The notes beneath the pieces are model-generated. The model did not search any database, was not told where the DNA came from, and was given only the letters and a program-made list of their open reading frames with translations. From positions 16,176 to 80,175 of the forward strand of contig JBAXQJ010000001.1 of the NCBI GenBank assembly GCA_037131755.1: DNA of 64,000 nucleotides, read 5' to 3'. The position numbers and the translations under genes are program-made. Below, piece by piece: positions 31,784 through 40,946 of the stretch; positions within the stretch are counted from its first letter, which is position 1; each line of letters starts with the position of its first letter. Source of the DNA: a bacterium (GTDB taxonomy: Bacteria; Patescibacteriota; Minisyncoccia; Phycocordibacterales; GWA1-40-21).

Positions 31784-32125
31784 ATGACTTCAAAAAAAAA
31801 GAACCATTTTTCACCGAAGCCCAATTGCGGTGCCGATGAATGCTATTGCGGGGTATCAGCCAAGTGGATCAGGAAGATTACCAGGAAGAAATTCCTCCTC
31901 AACGCGGAGCGCTCGAAGGCCGGGTATGTCATTCACGACACGGAATGGGACAAGCTGAAAGCATTGTTCACGCGGTACGGCCTGGACACTGCAAGTGCCG
32001 AACCGCCACCACAAGGATTCTTGATGAACATAAAGAACCTACGGGTGAACTTACAAGTTCAACTACCTGTCATCAGCCTTCTGTCGCTAATATCTTTTTT
32101 GACTCAACTATTAGTCTGCGCTTAA
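31784..32125 (+). CDS. Hypothetical protein
   Basis: ggag RBS before ATG; 113 aa. Confidence 0.4.
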   Translation: MTSKKKNHFSPKPNCGADECYCGVSAKWIRKITRKKFLLNAERSKAGYVIHDTEWDKLKALFTRYGLDTASAEPPPQGFLMNIKNLRVNLQVQLPVISLLSLISFLTQLLVCA

Positions 32126-32903
32126 TATCTGGGCGTGAAGTCCACAACAAACGGGCAAAGTTAAGATACTCGTCGGCTCCGTCTGGGCCGGACCAAGATA
32201 CGCCATATCCAGAACGATTCACTTCTGTTTCAGGGTGCGCAAGTAATTGAGGCACATGCTGATTCTGGCGCAAGGCTGCCTTCAAGGCCTGGAGGTATTC
32301 TTCATCAGGTGCGCCAACGGCATCCAAGAAAAACACTTTGCCGTATCGCCCATAACACCCGTTGCAATCCTCGTAATTCTCTGTAAGAAGATTGAATGCG
32401 GAGTATCGTCCTAACATCAAATATTCGACCGAAAGAAGCAGCCGTGCCCCCACATGGTCGCCTGAATCTAACTCGATCAGTGCTTCAAGATGCTGGATTG
32501 CCTCTTCATGGCAACCTAAGGCAATCAAGGTTCTGGCCACACCAATCCGTGAACGCATGTATGGCCTGGTGTGAACTAGACCATAGAAATATCCCTTCTC
32601 GCGTTTGAAAAATTCCTCGCCCCAATAGACTTCTGCAAGACGAGTTGCCCAACGATAAAGGAGGAGTTCTTCTCCTAAGTTCTCGGGTAGATACAATGCG
32701 AAAATATTGTAGGCATCCGAGCAATAGTCGGACTTATTTATTGCCTTGTAGGCGAGTGCCACTGTATCATCAATATCGCTGTCCCATGCGCTATAGCAAA
32801 GCTCTTGCGCCTCACGGTAACGCTCTTCATCTTCCTTTGATGGCGGCTTGAGGATTGCCCCTAGCGCTTTCTGAATAATGTCGATCTTATCTCGGTCTTT
32901 CAT
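32073..32903 (-). CDS. TPR-like helical protein
   Basis: EAQELCYSAW, TRPYMRSR, LIELDSGDHVGAR. Confidence 0.7.
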   Translation of the reverse strand: MKDRDKIDIIQKALGAILKPPSKEDEERYREAQELCYSAWDSDIDDTVALAYKAINKSDYCSDAYNIFALYLPENLGEELLLYRWATRLAEVYWGEEFFKREKGYFYGLVHTRPYMRSRIGVARTLIALGCHEEAIQHLEALIELDSGDHVGARLLLSVEYLMLGRYSAFNLLTENYEDCNGCYGRYGKVFFLDAVGAPDEEYLQALKAALRQNQHVPQLLAHPETEVNRSGYGVSWSGPDGADEYLNFARLLWTSRPDIKRRLIVESKKILATEG

Positions 32904-32989
32904 TGGTCCGATTCCTTCATTACTCAATAGGCGGAAGCACAAGGGGTGTGAAGAACGTCAATTTCTTCTCGCCTACACCACCCGGTCCA

Positions 32990-33931
32990 CTACTTTGTTT
33001 TAATTAGAGAACTTTCCTGGCCAGTTACAAAGCGACGCGAGAGATCCTTATTTACAACATTCCGCTTCTCCATATATTTGCGTCGTTCTATGAAGTCGAG
33101 AAATACATCGTGTTTCTCAGCAATGGTATAAGGTGGATTTGAACCCCCATAAATAATTGCGAGACCTACGGGCACATCATCGGAACTAATGCTCAGATGA
33201 TTCTTGAAATCATCTATAGCCTTACGCAGCGTTTGCTCCCATAGCAAGCAACCTGACGACAACTGGCTGCGAACCCCTGAGTGAATGCGCCACAAACATT
33301 CAATATATTCACGAACATATGGTTTTAGATCGAGACAGTTGGGTAGGGCTCGCAATTCATCCTTAACGGTAGCTTTGAATTGTGGGTCATTTTCCAAATC
33401 TTTACAAATCACCTGCGGTGTCACTGTACACGCAACACGACCATCATTACCCAAATCAGTTAATTGGTGCGAAATTGAATAGGAACTTGCGGCTAACCCC
33501 CGGTGCTGAACGAAATTCCTCATCGCCTCCATCAAGCGATAACTGAAGTGTTTGTCGTACTCAATGTTCGTCAGTTTCTCAATTGCATCGAACTCTGCAC
33601 CCTCTCCATAAATTGCTTTAATACTGTGTCTCAACTGGTCGAGATATAGTCTACAAGATGATAGAAGGTTTGTGATTCTACGATTGAGAGCGGTACGATC
33701 TTCATGCATTTGATGTGGAGTCATCTTTGCGAAAAGATTGTGCTCAACAGCCCTGTCAAGGATCTCTTTTTCAAATTCTACATAATTTGCCAGAACAATA
33801 TCAAATCGCTCCTCAATCTCTAGGGTACGGATCAAATTGGATTTATGCATCCGAATAAGAGCGAATTCTGCACATGTTATCTCTTTTCTGGCATTACACC
33901 CCATAGTGAGCTTCGCTAAGAAATATTTCAT
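32990..33931 (-). CDS. Hypothetical protein with HEPN-like RxxxxH motif
   Basis: MRNFVQHRG in a helical context. Confidence 0.65.
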   Translation of the reverse strand: MKYFLAKLTMGCNARKEITCAEFALIRMHKSNLIRTLEIEERFDIVLANYVEFEKEILDRAVEHNLFAKMTPHQMHEDRTALNRRITNLLSSCRLYLDQLRHSIKAIYGEGAEFDAIEKLTNIEYDKHFSYRLMEAMRNFVQHRGLAASSYSISHQLTDLGNDGRVACTVTPQVICKDLENDPQFKATVKDELRALPNCLDLKPYVREYIECLWRIHSGVRSQLSSGCLLWEQTLRKAIDDFKNHLSISSDDVPVGLAIIYGGSNPPYTIAEKHDVFLDFIERRKYMEKRNVVNKDLSRRFVTGQESSLIKTK

Positions 33932-34009
33932 TGGCGAAGAATACTATGGATCATTCTCACCATCAAGAGTTGTGTCAATCTTAGGATCTTCTTGAAAGTG
34001 TATAAAGAT

Positions 34010-34136
34010 AAACACCGGAACACGCCCTCCCCGCAAGGCTCGCGCCAACCGCCTCCAGCCCGAAACCGGGTGAATACCCGGTATCGGGCTTCCACTGTTT
34101 GTTACACCCCTTGCGGGGAGGGCGCGTACCGTGTTT
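34010..34136. repeat. Nested inverted repeat
   Basis: 34010-34038 pairs with 34109-34136; inner hairpin 34057-34090. Confidence 0.75.
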
Positions 34137-34354
34137 CGGGACGGAGAACCGATACCAGTCTACCCCTGACAAAATATCAACTTGGCAAGGTCACGCCGAA
34201 CCGTAGCGTTTCAACACCATATAGGTGCCGTCTGTCTTGACTATGAGACATAACTCATGGCATAAGACATATATATCTTTGGTTGAAATGAGGGATCAGC
34301 GGGACTGGGGCGCAAATCTTGGCATCATATGAGGCATCACCCAACAGGCAAAGC

Positions 34355-35521
34355 ATGACACAGAGCAATTCAACCTCAACTGCGCCCGGGCAACTTTTGG
34401 GGTACATATTGCAGTTTCCTCGGGCTCTTTGCCGCCTCCTTCAAGCCGGAGTGGGTGGTGCAGTTGGGATTGAGCTTATCGGCGATGTTACGGCATTTCT
34501 GGCCAACGGTGCCGTAATCAATGAGGAAGACAAATCGTCAACGACCACCAACCCTTTAACGGATCGCTCGACTGACCTTTGGAAAACCTTCTACAATTGG
34601 ATTAAACAGATTGATGATGGAGCCATTGACGTTACCAAAACGAGTTTTGTCCTGTATACAAACTGTTCTGGTCGTCCTGCGCTTGTTAATAAATTCAACG
34701 CAGCGAAAACACCCGCAGATGTGCATGCCGCGATTCAGGCGGCAATTACTGAACTGAAAGACACTTCACACTCCCATGATATTTGGGTTTACTACGATTT
34801 TGTGATTAATAAGAAACTGAACACTTTTGAGAAGTTGTTGCTAAATTTTGAATTATTGGTCGGTGTTGATGGTGCTCATGATGATGTCCGTCGAGAATTG
34901 AAGAGTAAGTTTATTCCTGACCACTCTATTCAGCTGGTTTCAGACAACATATGCGGATGGTTTCAAGAAATTGTTTCAAATAAATTAAAAGCGAAGATAC
35001 CAGCTGTTATCACGTTTGAAGAATTAGATCATCAGATTGCAGTCCTTTTGGAGCGATTGCGGCAGAAAGAACTCGTAGATTTTGCGGCTACGGAACTCGC
35101 TTTAGAGAACAAGATTGCACCCGCGCTACGGCAGCGGCCAGTATTTATCAAACAACTCGATCTGATCAAGTTATCAGACGAGATGAAAATTCAAGCAGTC
35201 TGCGATTATCTTCGCGCTGATTATAATCGCCACCGTTGGATCGAGAGCGAGATTCTTGACGAAACAACAGCCAAAGACTTTGAAAAACGTCTCTATTCCT
35301 TCTGGCAGACTGAACATAGGAAGACGGAATTACTTCATTTGAATTTAGCGGAAGAAACGCGCGGCGAGCTGCTTCTCGGCGAGTGTTCCTCGCGACAAGA
35401 GTTGATTCGGGGTGAGCCAACACCTGACCGAACCGTGGCTGGCACTTATCACGCCTTGGCCGAGTTAATGCAACTTGGTTGGCATCCTAAATGGTCAAGC
35501 CTTCTTCAGGAGAAGCTGTGA
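34355..35521 (+). CDS. lmuA: Lamassu/ABC-three-component effector (Cap4-like nuclease + CTD)
   Basis: APGQLLGY, GDV..EEDKS, DLWKTFYNW, C-terminal GTYHALA..LGWHPKW. Confidence 0.75.
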   Translation: MTQSNSTSTAPGQLLGYILQFPRALCRLLQAGVGGAVGIELIGDVTAFLANGAVINEEDKSSTTTNPLTDRSTDLWKTFYNWIKQIDDGAIDVTKTSFVLYTNCSGRPALVNKFNAAKTPADVHAAIQAAITELKDTSHSHDIWVYYDFVINKKLNTFEKLLLNFELLVGVDGAHDDVRRELKSKFIPDHSIQLVSDNICGWFQEIVSNKLKAKIPAVITFEELDHQIAVLLERLRQKELVDFAATELALENKIAPALRQRPVFIKQLDLIKLSDEMKIQAVCDYLRADYNRHRWIESEILDETTAKDFEKRLYSFWQTEHRKTELLHLNLAEETRGELLLGECSSRQELIRGEPTPDRTVAGTYHALAELMQLGWHPKWSSLLQEKL

Positions 35522-35912
35522 GCAGCCTAGCGCAAGAAGTAAAAATTTGGAATACGCCTGTTCTAGGTGCGTATTTGCTCTGGCGTTTTACATGTGGGCA
35601 TTGTGCACATCATCCGCAAGGCGATGGCCCGGTGGTTCTGCTCCACTTCCTTGCTGCCGCAATTCTCACAAGCCCACCACTCTGCGATCCCATTAACAAT
35701 CATCGGGCTAATCTACAGTCTTACGTTCGCTCTTTTGATGAGAAGGGTTCGACCGATCTCTTGATGGGAATTCAGAAGAGGGTTGAACTGCGACGGCATT
35801 ACACACTTGATGCTATCGATATCGCAATTGCAAATGGCCTTTTAGTTTGGGATATACCACGCGCACGACTCTATTCTCGCAAGGTCACACAAAAGCTTAG
35901 TCGTGGTTGTGC
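35518..35912 (+). pseudogene. ABC-3C middle component (LmuC-like), truncated by the island boundary
   Basis: GTGA overlap with lmuA; WNTPVLGAYLL; frame runs into the antisense strand of tRNA-Arg; no SMC/ABC ATPase follows. Confidence 0.72.
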
Positions 35913-35981
35913 TCTTGGCAGGAATCGAACCTGCATTTCTCCCTTCGCAGGGGAGTGTCCTATCCATTGAACGACAAGGGC
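35910..35981 (-). tRNA. tRNA-Arg(GCG)
   Basis: gcccttg...ctccc CTGCGAA gggag...ggttcgattcctgccaagagca; C3-A70 mismatch; CCA not encoded. Confidence 0.93.
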
Positions 35982-36067
35982 ATGCACGGAAACACTAACA
36001 TAAAAAACAAATTTCATAAAGTGAAATTTGTTTTTTGTAAGCCATCAATTGAAACCCGACATTTATC

Positions 36068-36529
36068 CTAAAATCCCAAATAATCCATCACCTTATGCGC
36101 GACCGGTTCCTGGAGCTCTACCTCATCCAAATACTGTGAGAGAAAAGCGTGCACTTCGTCGGGATTTGCGCCGTTTAGAGGTATGGAAATGAGCGGTTGG
36201 AGTTTCTTTTTCGACTGGATAATCAAAGTCGGATTGCCATGGCGAAGCTCTACCCAAAAAGCCTCGAGTGTTTGATAGGGGTGCAATTCATTGCCGATGG
36301 TAATACCCATATTGGCCAAATCGTAGTCGACGAGACCCGGCTCGCGACGGACGAAATAAATCAGCATAAAAACCGAAAGTAAAATTAAAATTCCAAACAA
36401 GGAGTTCCCATACATGAAAGAAAGAATGACGATGCAGATCGTGATGATGCCAACCGCCCAAAACCAATCCACGCTTCTTTCGTAGTGATGATATTCCGGC
36501 GCCTGCCAATGCAAAGATTCATTACCCAT
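36068..36529 (-). CDS. Conserved CPR-type membrane protein
   Basis: WQAPEY..RSVDWFWAVG, 2 TM, C-terminal LGF. Confidence 0.8.
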   Translation of the reverse strand: MGNESLHWQAPEYHHYERSVDWFWAVGIITICIVILSFMYGNSLFGILILLSVFMLIYFVRREPGLVDYDLANMGITIGNELHPYQTLEAFWVELRHGNPTLIIQSKKKLQPLISIPLNGANPDEVHAFLSQYLDEVELQEPVAHKVMDYLGF

Positions 36530-36659
36530 GGAAGTATTATATCATAGTCGTAATAATTTAGAAGATAAAAACACATGCCATTTTTGTCGTGTGTTTTTCA
36601 GGGGCGGGGGATATGGGAAGACGTTGGATCGGCTATAGAAGATGTCCTAAATAAAGGGT

Positions 36660-36917
36660 TTACCGATTAGTTTTATTAGTTTGAATGTAATTTCTAATCA
36701 AATAAATAATTAAAGAGATTATAAAAATAAAAATACTTGGAACAAAAGCTTCTTTAATTGCAACTAAGGAGTGACTTGTTGTTCTTATGCCTGAGTCATC
36801 CATTGCCCCAGACCCAACTTCAGCGATATAACAAATAACAAAAAAGATAACCAATGAAATAATAAATGTTCGTAGTGCATTTAAAAAACTTTTTGTTATG
36901 TAGCCAAGGTTATTCAT
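36660..36917 (-). CDS. Small 2-TM hypothetical protein
   Basis: AT-rich ORF with two hydrophobic segments. Confidence 0.55.
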   Translation of the reverse strand: MNNLGYITKSFLNALRTFIISLVIFFVICYIAEVGSGAMDDSGIRTTSHSLVAIKEAFVPSIFIFIISLIIYLIRNYIQTNKTNR

Positions 36918-36957
36918 ACTTAGAAGTATAACATACTAGTTTTAGAAAATATATTTA

Positions 36958-37135
36958 CGGAGGAGGTGAGAATTTCTCCTATTACATGGGCGGTACCCTT
37001 TTCTCATTTTTTCATAATATGAATTATTCAAAAATATGGGAGAAGGGCTTCGAATCTCACACGCAGGCAATTCAAATTGCCTGCTCTCCTCCGCGCAAGA
37101 AAAAAGGCTGCCGAAGCAGCTCATTTTTCAACGCG
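36958..37135 (-). repeat. tRNA-Ser 3'-end duplication element
   Basis: Inverted copy 37049-37096 with 25-nt insert 37061-37085; direct copy 36958-36971. Confidence 0.8.
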
Positions 37136-37220
37136 CGGAGGGGGCGAGATTCGAACTCGCGGTGCCTTGCGGCACACCGCATTTCAAGTGCGGCACGTTA
37201 GACCACTCTGACACCCCTCC
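37136..37220 (-). tRNA. tRNA-Ser(UGA)
   Basis: ccgca CTTGAAA tgcgg; long variable arm; gttcgaatc. Confidence 0.95.
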
Positions 37221-37692
37221 CTGTTTTTAACCAACTTTTTTCCAAATAATGATCTTCGAAATGACAATTTGGGCAGATCAGCTCCAAATTATTCAAATCA
37301 TTATTCTTGCGATCCCTATCTTTATGATGGATCTGCAATATCTCCCTTTTACTATAACCGCACCGTTCACATTTTCCACCCCTAGAAGAAAGTAAACTGA
37401 TTTTTATCAACTTAAATGTTTCAGCTTTGTCTCTCGGCTTTCCTTGCCGATACTTAATACCTTCTCTATTAATGTTCGAACATTCCCTGGAACAGGTAAT
37501 ACGATGCAAACCGGATAATATCAATTTCTTACATATTACGCAAGGCTTTTCCTTGTGACACGATAGCCCATAGCAGGTCTGACTACAGTAAAACTTTCCA
37601 CCATTTTTACTAAACTCAATTGGACGGCGGTAGATTCCTTTTTGGCAGATTGCGCATTTTGTATTAGGATTCCTTTTGTATGGCTCAGGCAT
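37198..37692 (-). CDS. HNH endonuclease with Cys-rich zinc-finger repeats
   Basis: CERC...IHHKDRDRKNNDLNNLELICPNCH; stop codon lies inside tRNA-Ser. Confidence 0.88.
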   Translation of the reverse strand: MPEPYKRNPNTKCAICQKGIYRRPIEFSKNGGKFYCSQTCYGLSCHKEKPCVICKKLILSGLHRITCSRECSNINREGIKYRQGKPRDKAETFKLIKISLLSSRGGKCERCGYSKREILQIHHKDRDRKNNDLNNLELICPNCHFEDHYLEKSWLKTGRGVRVV

Positions 37693-37779
37693 TAGTCCAG
37701 TATACCAGTTATTATGTAAATAGTAAAAATTTTTCCAACCAAAAACAGCCCTGGTGGGCTGTTTTTGCGTTAGAAAGTA

Positions 37780-37977
37780 TTATGCTCTCTGAACGTTGAC
37801 TGCGCTCATTCCTTTTGGACCATCTTCGGTTTCAAAAGAAACTGTATCGCCTTCGCGAAGTTCTGAGTATTGTACGCCAACGAGGGAATTTGAGTGAAAG
37901 AACAAATCTTTCGCCAAACCTGCGCCGGAGATAAAACCAAAACCTTTTTCAGTGAGCTTTTTTATTGTACCTGTCAT
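37780..37977 (-). CDS. cspA: Cold-shock protein
   Basis: KGFGFI, LFFH RNP motifs. Confidence 0.93.
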   Translation of the reverse strand: MTGTIKKLTEKGFGFISGAGLAKDLFFHSNSLVGVQYSELREGDTVSFETEDGPKGMSAVNVQRA

Positions 37978-38196
37978 TGATTTTTTATTAGATTACTAAA
38001 GACAAATGATTAAGTAATGTTTTTAGAAATCGACTCTTTTCGAACACAACATCTTTTGTACTGACAAGTATACTATACAATGATAATCCTGTCAATCTTT
38101 TTGCAAGATCGCTGGAAACTTGGCCAATATAGCCATATAAATAGGTAAATATGGGAATTGATGCTATCCTTTACTCAACTGATAAGAAGAAAAAAT

Positions 38197-38784
38197 ATGA
38201 CCACCAGCAACCAAACGAAAATAAGCTCGGCAGTGTTTATGCGAGGAATACGGGGAACCAATTCCATCCTGTACGATGGGGTGCCGCAGATCGCCTTTAT
38301 CGGCCGTTCGAATGTCGGCAAGTCCAGCATCATCAATGCGCTCACTAATCGGAAAGACCTGGTGAAGGTGAGCAATAAGCCGGGCAAGACGCGGGAAATA
38401 AATTTTTTCAAAATAAATAATCGTTTGTATTTTGTCGACCTGCCTGGTTATGGTTATGCCAAAGTCGATCCGGATGAAAAGGAGAGCCTGATGAAATTGA
38501 TCCTCTGGTATTTGGTTTACTCCGAAGTCAAACCGTTGAAAGTCATTTTGATTCTTGATGTGAAAGCCGGTTTTACCGAATTTGATCGGGAGATGGTCCG
38601 GGCGTTGCGGGAAAACAATCATGCTTACCTGATCGTCGCCAATAAAACAGACAAATTGAGCCAGAAAGAGCTGGCGGTCCAGCTTCAGAAAATCCGCGAG
38701 GAATCTAATGAAGAAGATATTATTTTGTGCTCGACAGTGGCGCGAGGGGGAATCGGGGAACTGCAGAAACAGATTTTTAACTGA
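38197..38784 (+). CDS. engB: Ribosome biogenesis GTPase EngB/YihA
   Basis: GRSNVGKSS, PGKT, DLPGYGYA, NKTD. Confidence 0.95.
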   Translation: MTTSNQTKISSAVFMRGIRGTNSILYDGVPQIAFIGRSNVGKSSIINALTNRKDLVKVSNKPGKTREINFFKINNRLYFVDLPGYGYAKVDPDEKESLMKLILWYLVYSEVKPLKVILILDVKAGFTEFDREMVRALRENNHAYLIVANKTDKLSQKELAVQLQKIREESNEEDIILCSTVARGGIGELQKQIFN

Positions 38785-38859
38785 ACATCTAAAACAAAAA
38801 CAGCCCGATCGGGCTGTTTTTGTCTTGGATTACGTAACTTTATCCTCCGCTGGCTGTAA

Positions 38860-39159
38860 TTATTGGTTGGTGGTCGGCAAGTTTTTTTCAGCGACGGCGA
38901 CTTGCTGTTTTTGATCGCGGTTCATCAAGAGATAGATGATTTCCAAAATACCAACGGTGTTTACGATCAATAGAATGACAAACCAAATCTTGTCGCCTTT
39001 GCGGGCAGCTTTCCAAAGGGCCAGACCTTTCCAAACGATAGTCCAAAGGGCCAGGACGATTATCAAGCCGAAACCGATGCCTAAAAACGGGGCAAATATA
39101 GCCAAGGCTTTCGGGTCGACGGTGCCAGTGCTGGTGGCGTTCAATGCAAAATTAATCAT
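38860..39159 (-). CDS. DUF5652-like membrane protein
   Basis: WKGLALWKAAR..WF..NTVGILEIIY. Confidence 0.8.
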   Translation of the reverse strand: MINFALNATSTGTVDPKALAIFAPFLGIGFGLIIVLALWTIVWKGLALWKAARKGDKIWFVILLIVNTVGILEIIYLLMNRDQKQQVAVAEKNLPTTNQ

Positions 39160-39247
39160 GTGAATAATATTAAGCTAGTAAACTCCCTTAAGTATAGTTT
39201 TATTATTGGATTTTATCAAATGGCTAAAATAGTGTAAGATAGCGGGT

Positions 39248-39652
39248 ATGCCTAGATTACTTGGAATTGATTATGGAACAAAGCGGGTCGGGATCGCCGT
39301 TTCGGACGAAGCGGGCCAGATCGCCTTTCCAAAGGAGGTGCTGAAGAATGACAATCTGCTCCTTTCGAAAATCGGGGATATCTGTAAAAATGATAAAATA
39401 ACGACTGTGATTATCGGCGAGTCAAAGAACTTCAACGGCGAGGATAACCCGATCATGGAAGAAATTTATGATTTTATGAGGTATTTGGAGGAAGTCTTGA
39501 AGCTGGAGGTGATCCTTGAACCGGAATTCCTGAGCTCGCACCAGGCGGCGCGAGTGCAGGGCGAACACGGGAAGCTCGATGCTTCGGCTGCGGCGATTAT
39601 TTTGCAGAGCTACCTGGATAAAGGTAAATGCAAAACTAAAAATGAAAAATGA
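39248..39652 (+). CDS. ruvX: RuvX/YqgF nuclease
   Basis: LGIDYGTKRVGIAVSD, DASAAAIILQSYLD. Confidence 0.93.
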   Translation: MPRLLGIDYGTKRVGIAVSDEAGQIAFPKEVLKNDNLLLSKIGDICKNDKITTVIIGESKNFNGEDNPIMEEIYDFMRYLEEVLKLEVILEPEFLSSHQAARVQGEHGKLDASAAAIILQSYLDKGKCKTKNEK

Positions 39653-39718
39653 CAGTCCAAAATTTTAATTTCACATTGTTATTTTGAGTTTTGATTTTTA
39701 ATATTTAAATTTAATAAA

Positions 39719-40114
39719 ATGGAAGACAAAGACCAAATTATTGCGGAGGAGGAAGTCAAAACTGTAGTTGTTGAAACTCCCAAAATAAAATACGAAGACT
39801 TTAAAAAGGTGGAGATAAGGGTCGGAAAGATTTTAAGCGCTGAGAAAATCGAAAAGTCGGAGAAGCTTTTAAAACTCTCCGTTGATTTTGCCGAGGTGGC
39901 AGGTCCACGACAGATTGTTTCTGGGATTGCCAAGTATTTTCCTGATGAACAAGTGCTGGTAGGGAAGAAGTGCACTTTTGTCACTAATCTCGAACCACGC
40001 CCGCTTATGGGTCTGGAGAGCAATGGAATGCTGTTTGCTATTGGTGGCGGCGATGTGCCATTTTCTCTTTTTGAAGTTGGTGATGATATTCCCGCTGGGA
40101 CAAAAGCTAATTAA
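39719..40114 (+). CDS. tRNA-binding OB-fold protein (MetG C-terminus/Trbp111-like)
   Basis: EDFKKVEIRVGKI, RQIVSGI, NLEPR..GLESNGM. Confidence 0.88.
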   Translation: MEDKDQIIAEEEVKTVVVETPKIKYEDFKKVEIRVGKILSAEKIEKSEKLLKLSVDFAEVAGPRQIVSGIAKYFPDEQVLVGKKCTFVTNLEPRPLMGLESNGMLFAIGGGDVPFSLFEVGDDIPAGTKAN

Positions 40115-40167
40115 GTCCTAAAAATTGTATTAATAATCGCCTGACACCTAAAAACCAACACCTACCC

Positions 40168-40770
40168 ATGCATCTATTTGACGTTCAGTATCTAATTCAA
40201 TCGGTCGGTTTGTTGGGAATTTTTGCTATTGTTTTTGCTGAGTCCGGTCTGTTTTTCGCCTTCTTTTTGCCTGGCGACTCACTACTATTTACGGCGGGTT
40301 TTTTGGCCTCGCAAAATATGCTGCCAATATTTTGGTTAATCCTGGGTATTGCGATTTGCGCCGTTTTGGCCGGCTACGCCGGGTACTATTTCGGCCAATG
40401 GATCGGGCCAAAGATCTTTGTCAAAGAAGACTCTCTATTTTTCAGAAAGAAGTATTTGAATGAGGCGCACGCATTTTTTGAAAAGTATGGGAATAAGGCT
40501 GTGGTTTTGGCCAGGTTCATTCCTATCATCAGGACTTTTACACCAATTTTGGCCGGGGTAGGGCGGATGACTTTCGCGAATTTTTCCTTTTACAATATTT
40601 TTGGCGGTTCATTGTGGGCGGTTGGCATTACTTTGATTGGCTACTATTTAGGACATTTGATCCCTGGGGTACAGGATTATTTATTCCCAATCGCTCTTTT
40701 GATTATCTTTATTTCGGCCTTGCCGGGAGTGTATGAATATCTGTTGGAAAGGAAGAAAAGAAAGAGATAA
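40168..40770 (+). CDS. dedA: DedA-family membrane protein
   Basis: FAESGL..FLPGDSLLF, ARFIPIIRT. Confidence 0.92.
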   Translation: MHLFDVQYLIQSVGLLGIFAIVFAESGLFFAFFLPGDSLLFTAGFLASQNMLPIFWLILGIAICAVLAGYAGYYFGQWIGPKIFVKEDSLFFRKKYLNEAHAFFEKYGNKAVVLARFIPIIRTFTPILAGVGRMTFANFSFYNIFGGSLWAVGITLIGYYLGHLIPGVQDYLFPIALLIIFISALPGVYEYLLERKKRKR

Positions 40771-40812
40771 GGTTTGTCAAACAGATTACTTTTAAGTTTG
40801 TCTTTGAAACGA

Positions 40813-40904
40813 GTCACCGCCTTTTTAGAGACTAGCGAGCGCGACGGCGCGAGCTCGAGGAATTTTCTAGCAAGAAAATATCCGTGCTCTAAAAAGGCGG
40901 TGGC
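40813..40904. repeat. Intergenic REP/MITE-like element, copy 1
   Basis: Core nearly identical to 47515-47606, with different inverted-repeat arms. Confidence 0.85.
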
Positions 40905-40946
40905 GAGGGGTCTCTTTGTAAATAAACGTGACGGTATGGTATAATT

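Larger units (their letters stand above)
4467..35912. mobile_element. ~31.4 kb genomic island at tRNA-Arg(GCG) 3' end; no integrase visible
   Basis: ttgtgc core at 4467-4472 and 35907-35912; tRNA flank displaced to 4288-4472; defence/toxin cargo. Confidence 0.85.

Noticed and set aside
35911-35917. C3-A70 mismatch in tRNA-Arg as damage from integration
   Set aside because: The displaced mirror copy at 4424-4432 has the same A, so the mismatch predates the island
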